IMG/VR virus record: IMGVR_UViG_3300017528_000566
DNA from: an uncultured virus (IMG/VR IMGVR_UViG_3300017528_000566)
Taxonomy: Duplodnaviria; Heunggongvirae; Uroviricota; Caudoviricetes
Length of the DNA: 64,000 nucleotides
Direction: 5' to 3' (one strand)
The translations under genes were made by a program, and so were the position numbers. Positions 19,943-29,847 of this stretch are shown here, one piece after another; positions within the stretch are counted from its first letter, which is position 1; each line of letters starts with the position of its first letter. The notes under the pieces were generated by a model, which did not search any database, was not told where the DNA came from, and saw nothing but the letters and a program-made list of their open reading frames with translations.

Positions 19943-20728
19943 GTGGCGAAGAAAAAGAAGCACAGTAAGTCAGGCTCGGCGTCCAAAAAGCGTCGGCAAG
20001 CCGTGGGAACACAGCGCTCAACGGTCGAAGGCCCGCATGGGTGCAGCACGCCCCAGGAGCTGTTCGACCGCATTTTTGAGGCGGCATCTCAGGCCTTTCA
20101 GGAGAACAGTGAATGCGACCAGCGAGCGGCCTTTATCCACAAGACGATCGGGATGGTGACGGCGGCGAAGCTGCTTGTTCGACTCACGAACGGGGGCAGC
20201 CTTGCGTGCACGCTCCAACCAGGGGTCGAGTACTCGATCGAAAAGTGGTCCGACGAACTGCTGGAGACTTTTCAGAAGCAGCTGCAGGAGGGCGACGCTA
20301 GTGCACAGGAGATGATGCGTGCGTTTCCCGCGGTGGTGTTTGGCGAGACGGCCCCCAAGGAGCACCGGGTAAAATACCTTCGGCTTGTACGTCCGGGGAC
20401 AGACTGGCGGTGGGTACATCCACCGGTTCCGCTAGACGCTGTGATGCCACCGGACTTAGTGAAGATGTTCGACTCATCGGTGAAGGTAAACGTGTCGTCC
20501 ATGGAACTGGCGGAGAGGATCATCACCATCTTCGGGGAAGCCAGGGGGAAGGCAACCAATCAGATCAACGAAATGATCTCGCAGTACTGCGCTCTGTTTG
20601 CGGCGGCGAAGTGGAGTCTCACTCTGTGGGGGAACCAAGTGCGAGCGGCGATGGTCGAGTACCTGGCCGAGCTGGAAAGCGACCACATGTACAAGGAGCT
20701 CAAGGCGAGCAGCGAGGCGGAGCCCTAG
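19943..20728 (+). CDS. paralog family A, copy 3, with basic N-terminal tail
   Basis: MAKKKKHSK...; VTAAKLLVRLTN...ISQYCALFAAAKWSLTLWGN. Confidence 0.85.
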   Translation: MAKKKKHSKSGSASKKRRQAVGTQRSTVEGPHGCSTPQELFDRIFEAASQAFQENSECDQRAAFIHKTIGMVTAAKLLVRLTNGGSLACTLQPGVEYSIEKWSDELLETFQKQLQEGDASAQEMMRAFPAVVFGETAPKEHRVKYLRLVRPGTDWRWVHPPVPLDAVMPPDLVKMFDSSVKVNVSSMELAERIITIFGEARGKATNQINEMISQYCALFAAAKWSLTLWGNQVRAAMVEYLAELESDHMYKELKASSEAEP

Positions 20729-20801
20729 GCGGCCGATGTCGAATTCTCACTTTCTCTGCAACGCGGGGCCTGCTCGCGCACATGACAGAGTGGAGGTTCA
20801 G

Positions 20802-21074
20802 ATGACAGACGGTAACCAGGGACAGACCAGCACGAAGGGCAATGACAGCTTGACACCGGCCGCGGAGGCAGTGCTCGCCCAGGAGCTCCCGGCGCTCGAA
20901 GAGGCGCTCAAGCGGATCTTGGCATCGTTTGACACGACGTACACTCCGTGCTGCTCGTGCAACTTGAAGGTCGCTCGCGCATACAACGACACCAAGGCCG
21001 CGGAGATGTTCGCTGGCACCCTAAAGAAGGTTCGAGCCTACCGAGCACGGGTCGAGGCGCGGCGCGAGCGGTAG
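20802..21074 (+). CDS. small hypothetical protein (CxxC)
   Basis: GGAGG SD before ATG 20802. Confidence 0.6.
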   Translation: MTDGNQGQTSTKGNDSLTPAAEAVLAQELPALEEALKRILASFDTTYTPCCSCNLKVARAYNDTKAAEMFAGTLKKVRAYRARVEARRER

Positions 21075-21126
21075 GGGGATCCCGGTCTCCCTAGTGGCCG
21101 TGTGCCGCCACTCTTGACGCTCCCTA

Positions 21127-22089
21127 GTGTGTGCGTGGTATCGGGAGGCCGTGCACACCGACAACTGGATTTGGGAAGAATGCAACACGCGATCGCGCCG
21201 GCAGTTCATGCTCACCGGCGCGTTCTATTTCTTTGCCTACAAGCTGGTATCGGCCCGCTGGGGCCACATCGAGCCCTCAGATCTCTTCTGGGGAGCGGGA
21301 TTGCTCCTGCTCGGCTTGGTATTGACCGTCAATGCTGTTCGGGCCTTTCGAGTTTGGCGCAAGCCGGAGACTCACCCGACCATTGAACGCATCCTTCGGC
21401 GGGGCGACGATCTACTGCGGACCTCTACTAGGGTGTTGGCAGAGCTCAGACAGCCGATCGTCAAGACTTGGCGATGGGAGGCGACCAAGACGTATCTGGT
21501 GAAGTCGACCTTTCTCACCTTTGATGTGTCTCGATTCGATGAGCTCGTGTGGATTTGCAAGCAGGAGGTCGATCGAAGTGCTTGGATAATTCCACATCCC
21601 TTTGGCGCTTACGACGAAGCGCGCTTTCAGTTTGCCTCGCACAAGCTCGTTCTCCGGGCGAGTGAGAAAAAGGTGGACGCCGTGCTGGCTCACGCGGTCC
21701 AGGTGACTCCATGGGCCATGTATGGGGATAATCGACAGGTACGGCGGCTCTTCGATCAAGAGGGCTATGAGAATTCAGCCGCGAACACTTGGAAGCGTGC
21801 CGCCCATGACATGAAGGCGGTGCTCTACTTGACCGAGGCGGAAGCCGCGGCGGGGCTTGAGCGAGTGCTGCCTGTCCACTATCTGGCGCCCTGCCCCATT
21901 TGCGCTGGGGCCAATTGGTCATGCGCGGTGTGTAAAGGGTCTGGTGCCGCGGTGCTCTTGAGGGCACTCAGTGTCGCGGTGCCAGCAGGCGCCGAGCGTG
22001 GATATGGGATGACCTATCCGGGAGGTGGCATCCCCAAGACACCCTACGCAGACGCGGGCACCCTACGCGTCTGGTTTCTTATCGAGTGA
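21127..22089 (+). CDS. membrane protein with C-terminal DnaJ-like zinc finger and C-terminal-domain fragment
   Basis: Two N-terminal TMs; CPICAG...CAVCKGSG, LSVAVPAGAERG...YPGGG...GTL; start uncertain. Confidence 0.65.
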   Translation: MCAWYREAVHTDNWIWEECNTRSRRQFMLTGAFYFFAYKLVSARWGHIEPSDLFWGAGLLLLGLVLTVNAVRAFRVWRKPETHPTIERILRRGDDLLRTSTRVLAELRQPIVKTWRWEATKTYLVKSTFLTFDVSRFDELVWICKQEVDRSAWIIPHPFGAYDEARFQFASHKLVLRASEKKVDAVLAHAVQVTPWAMYGDNRQVRRLFDQEGYENSAANTWKRAAHDMKAVLYLTEAEAAAGLERVLPVHYLAPCPICAGANWSCAVCKGSGAAVLLRALSVAVPAGAERGYGMTYPGGGIPKTPYADAGTLRVWFLIE

Positions 22090-22164
22090 GAGCTCCGCGA
22101 GCAAGCGCCGCGACGCCGATAGGATCCGCTTTTGGCACTAGATCGAGAGTTGGTCAAGACTTGG

Positions 22165-22512
22165 CTATTTATCCAAGGTAGCAGCTTCAACCGCACTGAC
22201 TCCAATGGCGAAGCCCAGAACGCCAAAGATGCACACGATGATCGTTGAGACCACGGATCGCCACTCCGGTTCTAACGTAGCCCCGAGCCATCCGATCCAA
22301 GAGAATAGGCCGAAGAAAGGGCTGGCGACTACCACACAGCCGACGATGCCGCCAAGCACTTGGGGGACGAGCACGAGGCTGCCAACAACAAAGAAAGTGG
22401 CCGCGCACCAACCAAGTATGTTGGATAGGTTGGGTATCAGCGCGAGGGCTAGCATAAACAGAGCGTCTAAGATGCCAGCAATAAACAGCAGACCTATGAC
22501 CAAACCAAGCAT
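22165..22512 (-). CDS. small multi-pass membrane protein
   Basis: Hydrophobic C-terminal part of ORF 22165-22818 from ATG 22512. Confidence 0.6.
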   Translation of the reverse strand: MLGLVIGLLFIAGILDALFMLALALIPNLSNILGWCAATFFVVGSLVLVPQVLGGIVGCVVVASPFFGLFSWIGWLGATLEPEWRSVVSTIIVCIFGVLGFAIGVSAVEAATLDK

Positions 22513-22649
22513 CGCACAGGTCTGATAGAGAAAGGACCTTTCCGGGGTGGGACCACGCCACCCTGGCAGCTTGGTCGAATCAGAGCCACTGGACCGACCT
22601 CGACGCTCGTTGCGTTGACCCACTGACTTACTCCAATGTGCGCGGCGAT

Positions 22650-23330
22650 TTACCGAGGGTACGGAGGGGGACGACTTACGGTACGTAGACCAAGACCGAT
22701 GATGATCACCAGGGGTATGAGAAACGGTATCGCGAAGTGCGCCCATTCCGGCCACTGCAAGAGCGCCAAGCCCCACCGTATCCCGTAGCAGCCTGCGAAT
22801 ATCAGGCCTACGCAACAAACTACGAGCAGCCTCAGTAGCAACTCCGATCGCACCGTTGTATGATATTGATGAGCCTTCTCATATCGATCGGCTTGCCACC
22901 ACATAGGCAAAAAGATCAACACCGCCAGAACCGGGCACATCACGGCAATGATCGCAGTCGTCACAAATCCTTGGTAATCGATTGCCGCCCAGGCGGCGAG
23001 ACTTGCCGCCACCCACGCGTAGGTTGCGAGCCAGGTCTTTAGGACCTGTTTTCGTCGGAGCGGGACTCCACGGGTGTCGAGAAAGTCAACCTTGACCTGG
23101 CGGCCGTCGTCAGTTTCCCAAGTGTCGCTAGAAACGCGGTACGATCCTTGAGGAGCCAGTGGAAACCAGAAAAAGACGGTCCAGAGGGTGCGCACATGCG
23201 ATCTGCACGCCTCGCACCGGACCGCGCTTCCATAGAACACTTGGCTGCGCACGTGCATCTCATGCGGAGAGGGGGCTTTGTCGTAACCGTTTGAGCGATC
23301 CTTGCAAGTACGACAGAAGTCTATTGCCAT
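22650..23330 (-). CDS. zinc-ribbon membrane protein, tandem paralog 2
   Basis: FCRTC...RCEAC.S.V.T.W...FP..P.GSYR...RGVPL...QVL.TWL..Y...YQGFVT; 4 TMs. Confidence 0.8.
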   Translation of the reverse strand: MAIDFCRTCKDRSNGYDKAPSPHEMHVRSQVFYGSAVRCEACRSHVRTLWTVFFWFPLAPQGSYRVSSDTWETDDGRQVKVDFLDTRGVPLRRKQVLKTWLATYAWVAASLAAWAAIDYQGFVTTAIIAVMCPVLAVLIFLPMWWQADRYEKAHQYHTTVRSELLLRLLVVCCVGLIFAGCYGIRWGLALLQWPEWAHFAIPFLIPLVIIIGLGLRTVSRPPPYPR

Positions 23331-23359
23331 GAGGGGATGCTCCTTGCGTGACCGAGCGG

Positions 23360-24043
23360 CTAAGGCACCTGGAACCCGGGGGTTGGGGTTGCCCAATTAG
23401 AGCGATGCAGCCGTACCGACCCAGGGATGATGAAGGCTACGAGAGGGGACAGAGCTGCTGTCACAATTCTCGCTGCTTCCGGCCACTCGGAAAACCCCAA
23501 TCCCCACCAGACACAGAAAACCGCCGCAGCCCCAAGACCAGCCCAAAGAACGAGAAAGCAAAACAAGCCCAAGAAAAACATTGCAACGGCGGACAGGTCT
23601 TGCTCGGTTTTGAACAAACGGCCAGATAGAACGCGTGCAACGTCCATTGTCAACGACGCAAGACACGCGCCGATCAGGAGGCTAACTCCGGCGGTGACAA
23701 ACCCTTGATAGTTGCTAGCCGCCCAAATGCCGAGCCCCGCCAGCAGGCACACGTAAGCTACGAGCCAGGTCGTCAAGACTTGGCGCTTGTGAAGTGGGAC
23801 TCCGCGACTGTGCCACTTGGTAGCACCGTCGATATCTAGAATGCGGTACGAGCCCCGCGGGAACACAGGAAACAGCCCGAAAACCTGCCACACGGTCTTC
23901 ACGCGTGACTTGCAGGTCCCGCAGCGGTCGGTGCCTCCGTAGAGTTGCTCGCCGGCCCCCATGTTTGACTGCATAAACAGGTTACCAGTTGTTCGGTCGT
24001 CTGAGCTCGCGATGCAGTTAAGACAGAAGAGTTCGTTTGCCAT
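23360..24043 (-). CDS. zinc-ribbon membrane protein, tandem paralog 1
   Basis: FCLNC...RCGTC...GSYR...RGVPL...QVLTTWL...YQGFVT; 4 TMs. Confidence 0.8.
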   Translation of the reverse strand: MANELFCLNCIASSDDRTTGNLFMQSNMGAGEQLYGGTDRCGTCKSRVKTVWQVFGLFPVFPRGSYRILDIDGATKWHSRGVPLHKRQVLTTWLVAYVCLLAGLGIWAASNYQGFVTAGVSLLIGACLASLTMDVARVLSGRLFKTEQDLSAVAMFFLGLFCFLVLWAGLGAAAVFCVWWGLGFSEWPEAARIVTAALSPLVAFIIPGSVRLHRSNWATPTPGFQVP

Positions 24044-24077
24044 GGCTACTCCGAATGTAAGTGACGAGTGCTAGAGG

Positions 24078-25031
24078 CTAGCGAACCGACAAGAGAATCG
24101 GGTCTGACACCTTTTTAACGCGCTGGATGACCTCAGCCTCGTTCGCCAATGGGCCGATATCCGAGCCCACGGACACGATCAACAGCGTATCGCTTCGGGA
24201 GACCCAAACGACGGCGCAATTGAGCAGGGTGTCGCGATCGCCGCTCTCCCGGTGCAGCAGCGTGGCCATTCGGAAACGATTGCCCGCTGGGTTGTACTCA
24301 TTTTTTGTGTCGAGCGTCTCCCACGGCACACCGTGAGGTTGGGCGCAGGTCGCGGCGTATACAGCATCAAGGTCCTCTCGGCTGCTCGTACCGGCCTTCT
24401 CAATGTTCACGTTGAACAGGGACCACTGGGTCACGCCCCAGATCTTTGGCTCGGCAGTATCGGCGCCAGCTCTCATCCAGTTCTGTAGCGGCAAGTCAAC
24501 CTTGTAAGCGTCTTGTGGCGCGGTGAATGTGTAGGGAAACTCGGCTGCCATAGCCATTTGGCTTGCTGCGAGGCTGCCTGCGGAGAAGAACGCTATCAAG
24601 TTGAGAACCATCCCTCCTAGAACCCGCCCGATCTTGACCCGTCTATCGCCGTATAGACGCGCCAACAGTGCTCGCATGGCAAAATATCCGCTGAGAAGGA
24701 TCAAGACGCCGCAGACTGTCGCCGCGACCCAAGCACTCATGACCCCTAGCCCGAGATAGATCAGCAAGTTGAGTGACAGGGTCGAGAGGGTGAACGCCAT
24801 CAAGGCGAACGCCATCGGCAGTCCAGAGACCAATTGGCTGTGACTGCCATTCCTCCAAGTATAGACAACCCAAGCAGAGATGCTTAAAAATGGCACCATC
24901 AGCTTCATGAGCTCCCAACCGGCGTTCATGTCCCATTCTCCAAGTTTTGGTTCGGCAAGACCCGAACGGGGCACATGATTGATCTGGGCAAGAGCTCGCG
25001 CAACCGATGGAGAGATTTTCCAGTGTATCAT
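24078..25031 (-). CDS. membrane protein with C-terminal soluble domain
   Basis: About 4 TMs; start uncertain (ATG 24929 also plausible). Confidence 0.7.
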   Translation of the reverse strand: MIHWKISPSVARALAQINHVPRSGLAEPKLGEWDMNAGWELMKLMVPFLSISAWVVYTWRNGSHSQLVSGLPMAFALMAFTLSTLSLNLLIYLGLGVMSAWVAATVCGVLILLSGYFAMRALLARLYGDRRVKIGRVLGGMVLNLIAFFSAGSLAASQMAMAAEFPYTFTAPQDAYKVDLPLQNWMRAGADTAEPKIWGVTQWSLFNVNIEKAGTSSREDLDAVYAATCAQPHGVPWETLDTKNEYNPAGNRFRMATLLHRESGDRDTLLNCAVVWVSRSDTLLIVSVGSDIGPLANEAEVIQRVKKVSDPILLSVR

Positions 25032-25143
25032 GAGTAATCACGCGCGTTTTTGACGGTCACCAGCGTCCTCGAACGCGGACTATGCTAACCATTGGTTCAC
25101 CCCTATCTGGCGCTATTCGACTGATAACCGGTCGATAGTTAAG

Positions 25144-26274
25144 ATGCGTCCGTCCCCGATAGCAGTGGCACAGCGGTATCTCTTGGCCACTGCCGCCATC
25201 ACGCCCCAGCAGGCCCTGGCATTGGTTCAGCGGTACGAGCGGCAGCTGCTGGGCAAGATGGATGACCCCGCGGAGCTCAAGCGGCTCTATCTAGAGATGG
25301 CCGAGCAGATCCGGCCGCTGGCATCCGCATTGGACGGCGTTGTCATGCAGCGCACGGATGAGGCCCGCAAGCTCAAGAACGTCAAGAGCTGGCTCGCGAT
25401 GATTCGTCGACGCACGGATCCGACCAGCTTTGACGATACCCGGCCAGAGCGTTGGGACACAGCTGTGTCGGCCTGGCTCATCGATCTGACCGATGCTCTC
25501 AAGTCTCTCACTAGGGTCAAGGACCGTCTCACGGGCTACTCTAGTGTCGAGAAGGTGATCCCGCACGGCAAGTACGAGATCATCAACAAGCACGGCTACC
25601 GGCCCGAAGAGTACGCAGATGCGCTAGCCCTCCTGGATGATGCGTCCGAGAAGATCAAACAAGCGGGGTTCGGGCAAGCCGTCTACGGCACGGTTATCCT
25701 AGAAGCGCACACAGATCGTGGGTACGCCGGGATCTATCATCACGAGTCCGACGTGATCGGCCTTAACATGGCGGCCCGGAATCGAATCAACGGGGTTTAC
25801 ACACTCGTGCACGAGCTCGGGCACCGCGTATGGCACAAACTCGTGTCTGACCAGCAGAGGGATCGCTACGAGGATCTCTACTACGGGACCGCGCCCCTAT
25901 CCTTTTCGCTGCAGACCCGCGAGCTCTTCTGGGAAGCCTTGGAGGCGTCCAGTTGGGATGCCAGATCGGCGCGAGCTCGGCTTCCAAAAGAGCTGCAATC
26001 GGCATTCAGCGAATACTGGGCTGACTACAAGAAGGGCAACGTTCTTCCGAACCAAAAGAATCTCGGGGTTAGCCTAGAGGTGGTCCGCCAGCAGTTTGTT
26101 CGGCCGAAGCACCGTTACTATGTCATTGATCACAGGACACTCAGCTCGGTCACCGATTACGGGCAAACGAACGTAAAGGAGGACTTCGCAGAGGTCTTCG
26201 CTCACTACTGCTCAAAGATGCGTCTCACCCCGGATGCTGCGGAGCGATTCTTTGAGGCCACAGGGAAACGCTAG
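25144..26274 (+). CDS. zincin-like metallopeptidase domain protein
   Basis: TLVHELGH (HExxH) and SVTDYGQTNVKEDFAEVF third-ligand motif. Confidence 0.8.
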   Translation: MRPSPIAVAQRYLLATAAITPQQALALVQRYERQLLGKMDDPAELKRLYLEMAEQIRPLASALDGVVMQRTDEARKLKNVKSWLAMIRRRTDPTSFDDTRPERWDTAVSAWLIDLTDALKSLTRVKDRLTGYSSVEKVIPHGKYEIINKHGYRPEEYADALALLDDASEKIKQAGFGQAVYGTVILEAHTDRGYAGIYHHESDVIGLNMAARNRINGVYTLVHELGHRVWHKLVSDQQRDRYEDLYYGTAPLSFSLQTRELFWEALEASSWDARSARARLPKELQSAFSEYWADYKKGNVLPNQKNLGVSLEVVRQQFVRPKHRYYVIDHRTLSSVTDYGQTNVKEDFAEVFAHYCSKMRLTPDAAERFFEATGKR

Positions 26275-26319
26275 GGTCGGTCATTTTCAGCGTGCGAGCC
26301 GAGTGGTACTACCCACCGC

Positions 26320-26538
26320 GTGTCTCTGTGCGACCAATGCCGCCGCAAGATTTCGATCGCTACTCGGAGAGGCGTGCGCCGTGCGAAGGCGGCTGGGGTT
26401 CACACAGGCCGGCCGCGGACGGCTGTTAGCGACGCTGACCTCGAACGTGTTCGATCCGGCGCGCTGACCGCCCGTCAGCTGGCGGCTGAGATCGGCTGCA
26501 GTTCCATGACCGTTCGGCGGCGGTTGCGCGGGCGCTGA
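26320..26538 (+). CDS. stand-alone serine-resolvase C-terminal arm + HTH
   Basis: ISIATRRGVRRAKAAGVHTGRPR...TARQLAAEIGCSSMTVRRRL; no catalytic domain upstream. Confidence 0.65.
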   Translation: MSLCDQCRRKISIATRRGVRRAKAAGVHTGRPRTAVSDADLERVRSGALTARQLAAEIGCSSMTVRRRLRGR

Positions 26539-26562
26539 ATCAAGCATGGCGACGGGCAAGCG

Positions 26563-26994
26563 CTAATCTCGGTTCGCGACCCACCAATCCCGCAGTGCAC
26601 GAGCATCACTCAAGGCGTTGTGCGGGTTCTCTGGCGACAGCGCTGGCGTGTTGATCAGCCGCATCGTGAACGTGATGGGGTTGATCCAGTTGAGCGCCTT
26701 GCCGATGCGGCTCAAGCAACAGCACAGGTGCTCGAAGTCGGCGGGCCAATCAGCGACGATCTCGCAATCCTCGTGGGTCTGGAGCAGGAAGGCTAAAAGC
26801 AGACCGTCAAACTGCGGCTGCCCTATCGGCTCCTTCTCGAGCTGCGGCAGCACGTGCTCACGGACGAAATCACCCTGCGTATCCGGGATAGCGATCACCT
26901 CGTAGAACGAGTCACCACCTTCAGTGACAAGCGCCAACGAGATGAGCTCGCCGCCGAACTCGTTGAATTCAGTGTCGAGGAATAGGCGCTGCAT
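26563..26994 (-). CDS. DEDDh 3'-5' exonuclease-like protein
   Basis: LFLDTEF, ADWPADF, HNALSDARAL. Confidence 0.85.
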   Translation of the reverse strand: MQRLFLDTEFNEFGGELISLALVTEGGDSFYEVIAIPDTQGDFVREHVLPQLEKEPIGQPQFDGLLLAFLLQTHEDCEIVADWPADFEHLCCCLSRIGKALNWINPITFTMRLINTPALSPENPHNALSDARALRDWWVANRD

Positions 26995-27061
26995 GGTCGG
27001 GCTTTGGTTTCGAGAGAGGACGCCGCCAAGGGTTTCCTCAGCGGCGTCTCTTGGACAAGCG

Positions 27062-28609
27062 CTACACTACGTTGACGTGGCCATCAGGCACGAGGGCGCA
27101 CTCGCCACCATCGAAGCTGATTACTAGGTGGTGCGTGCGAACGAGGCCGCCGATTATTTGGGCTGCAGACTCGGGTGTCATGTTCGGCTGGGCGTCGTTC
27201 ACGTCCTGTGCGATCACGAAGAAGGTCCACAAGCCCCGGTCTTCACCGGTGAAGTACGTCGCACCTGTATAGAGGCCGTCGTTTGCCTTCGCATCGGGGT
27301 TGTAGTCCCCGTTGTCTTGCATCGGTAGGACTCGCCACTGTCCCGCGGGGCCGGACAGGAAGCATTGGACAAACAGCTGGCTACCCGTGAAGAGCCGCTT
27401 GTCAGCGTCGTAGAACCTCCCCTTGACGATGAAACGCTCACGCTTGTACGTCCGGACCACGTCCGGTGCTGTGATCTCGTAGCGTGACAGCGTGTGGATG
27501 TTGGCGTGCTCTTCCGTTGCCGCGTAGGAGAACGTTCCGCCCGTCGTGAGTCGCTGATATTCCCACTTGGCACCGACTTTGAACGGCCTACCGAGCGCCA
27601 CTGGTTCACCATACGACAGCTGGACATGCAGCTTCTCGGCGAGCGTGAGTATCCCGGCTGCGACCGGCGTGTGGTCCTGTCCTTTTCGGATGGGGTCTCT
27701 GATGTCTGACAGGCCGGCAGCCGTTGCGACTGCGGCTGCAGCGGCTACGAGGCCCGCGGCTATGTAGCTGGTTCCACCGCCTGACGGGGCCAAGCCACAG
27801 CAATCCGGGGTTGGGCTCCCCTCACCTCCTGGACCGCCACTCGTAGTGACCTCGCCGCTTCCATCGACGGCTTCAGCGATCGCCGCTGCGACCAGCAGAA
27901 GGAATGCGATGATGCACAGGAGGATTTTCCACCAAGGGTCTTGGAATGGCAAATCCCCGTACTGACCGAGGAACGCGGGGGTTTCGGTGATCTCGACTGA
28001 GAAATTGACCGGCAGGTATTGGGGCAAGCAGAAGGTGAAATCGCTTCTTTTGCCACTGGCGATACCGTCGCGCACGTAGTCGAGCACTGACCGGCGATGG
28101 TAGGCGCCCTCTGGATTCGGGTTCGGGTCTCTCTTTTTGCAGCAGCCACACCCTCGGTTTTTCCCAGGGCGCGCGAACCCGTGGAAGGTGATCGCAATGC
28201 GTCCTTCCGGAGTGTCCGCGGTAAAGGCTCCGGTGGCCGAGTTGAAACTCACCTTGGTAACGAAGATCTTCTTGATGATGCGGTGACGTTCGGCTCCATG
28301 CTCGATGATGAAGCTGAGGTAATGCACTCCCGGCGTGGCGCCGCTGAAATTAGCTGTCCAGCGAAACAGGTTGCTTACCCCGGGGACGGCGACCGGTAGA
28401 GAATAGGTTGCGGCGGTGACCACGATCCCTGGGTCGTCGACGCTCTCTATGTAGACCTTGGCACCCGAGACTGCCGCGCCGCCGCTGTTGACGAAATGAG
28501 CGTTGATGTTTTGGGTCCCGATGGTGGACTCAAAAATCCCGTCGGGGAGCATTAGGCCCGTGATCGGTTCCGACGCGAACGGGCGGTTCGGAATATTGAA
28601 GTCAAGCAT
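27062..28609 (-). CDS. Ig-like/membrane protein with C-terminal choice-of-anchor-X-like motif
   Basis: 515 aa; central hydrophobic pair; MQDNGDYNPDAKANDGLYTG. Confidence 0.7.
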   Translation of the reverse strand: MLDFNIPNRPFASEPITGLMLPDGIFESTIGTQNINAHFVNSGGAAVSGAKVYIESVDDPGIVVTAATYSLPVAVPGVSNLFRWTANFSGATPGVHYLSFIIEHGAERHRIIKKIFVTKVSFNSATGAFTADTPEGRIAITFHGFARPGKNRGCGCCKKRDPNPNPEGAYHRRSVLDYVRDGIASGKRSDFTFCLPQYLPVNFSVEITETPAFLGQYGDLPFQDPWWKILLCIIAFLLLVAAAIAEAVDGSGEVTTSGGPGGEGSPTPDCCGLAPSGGGTSYIAAGLVAAAAAVATAAGLSDIRDPIRKGQDHTPVAAGILTLAEKLHVQLSYGEPVALGRPFKVGAKWEYQRLTTGGTFSYAATEEHANIHTLSRYEITAPDVVRTYKRERFIVKGRFYDADKRLFTGSQLFVQCFLSGPAGQWRVLPMQDNGDYNPDAKANDGLYTGATYFTGEDRGLWTFFVIAQDVNDAQPNMTPESAAQIIGGLVRTHHLVISFDGGECALVPDGHVNVV

Positions 28610-29441
28610 TGTGCACCGCCGTGTTGATCACGAGAAGTGAGAGCCCGCCGACGGTGGCCTTGCGACCTTGATAGATTGCTTGCTGCTCGACGTGCAGTAA
28701 CGCGTACGCCCCCTCGAGCTTGCCTACGACGCTGAGACCTGTGCGTTGAGCTGGCCAAAGCTTCACCTCCTCCTTGTCCTTGCGTCCCTCCCAACCAGCC
28801 TCAAGATCCGGGCACGGGCCTTGGACAAAGCCCGGCTCGTGCACCACTCCGGGTTGATGCTGTTGCAAGATTTTGTAGAGGTGTGGGTAGCGTTTGGTTG
28901 CCCTTAAGAACTCCTTGTGGTCTCCCTTGCGCGTCACGAGTCGGAACTGGGCTTCGATTCGATTGGGGTTGTGGACCTCGAATGCGAGGTGGAACTTCCC
29001 AATGGCGACGATAACGTCGAGGTTGCGTTGCGCGACGTGTCGATCTGTCGGCACATCGAACGCATTTGTTGCGGGTAGCGGGTCGAGCTGCTGATGGAAG
29101 GCTTCCGCTAGCACGCACTCATGTCCGTTGTTCACGAAGGTGGGCACCCAAGGCGCTAGACAAAGCACGTCGCTTGAGGTGCTCGGGTCCAGGGTCACGT
29201 TAGATGAGCCGACTAGCGTGGCGGTTGTTCTATCGAAACCAACGCTTGGATTCGCCCAATAAAAGCGAACCTGGGCATTTTCGACTCGCGTGGCGCCGTC
29301 ATTTTGTACGCGAGCCCATAGGTAGCAAGGCTGTCCTACGACGGGTGTTCCGGGCAGCCCATCAGGAGCACTTGGAACTGTCCAGATGTCGTCACTCAAC
29401 CACCACGGAGACCCGTCAGAGACTTCGAGTTGCACGGCCAT
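28602..29441 (-). CDS. CARDB/Ig-like beta protein
   Basis: SPWWLSDDIW...YLWARVQN...VRFYWANPS...HECVLA...AQRNL; overlaps next gene by 8 nt. Confidence 0.75.
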   Translation of the reverse strand: MAVQLEVSDGSPWWLSDDIWTVPSAPDGLPGTPVVGQPCYLWARVQNDGATRVENAQVRFYWANPSVGFDRTTATLVGSSNVTLDPSTSSDVLCLAPWVPTFVNNGHECVLAEAFHQQLDPLPATNAFDVPTDRHVAQRNLDVIVAIGKFHLAFEVHNPNRIEAQFRLVTRKGDHKEFLRATKRYPHLYKILQQHQPGVVHEPGFVQGPCPDLEAGWEGRKDKEEVKLWPAQRTGLSVVGKLEGAYALLHVEQQAIYQGRKATVGGLSLLVINTAVHNA

Positions 29442-29542
29442 TTAGAACCCCTTGTCTTAGGTTGTTTGGTGCAGCCGGGGGTCTCTAGCATGTGCTGTTC
29501 GGCGAAGTCGACCGTGTTTGTGTGGGGCTAAGATCGTTCTCA

Positions 29543-29584
29543 GCTCTCTAGTCTTGAGCAACCGGTGACCCGAGACTAGAGAGC
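29543..29584. promoter_or_regulatory. inverted repeat GCTCTCTAGTCTTG / CGAGACTAGAGAGC
   Basis: 14-bp arms with 1 mismatch in a divergent intergenic region. Confidence 0.55.
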
Positions 29585-29847
29585 TTGAAGTGCGCCTATT
29601 CGAATACTTGTAGGCACTTTCTACTTCACCACGGGGCGAGTCCTGGCATCCCTCGATTGTGCTCCTGCCTTAAGATGTCAATGCCCGACGCGTGGCCAGT
29701 CAGATTGAATCAAGCTAGCTTGAGCTCCAGGGTTGTAGGGCTCACCGGTCACTCAAAATGGCCCACGATGGCTATCTTGGCTACGTGTCGATTCTAGCTC
29801 GCGAGAGGCGTGTCGCGTTGAGCCTGAGCTGATGTAGAGTGCGGCCT

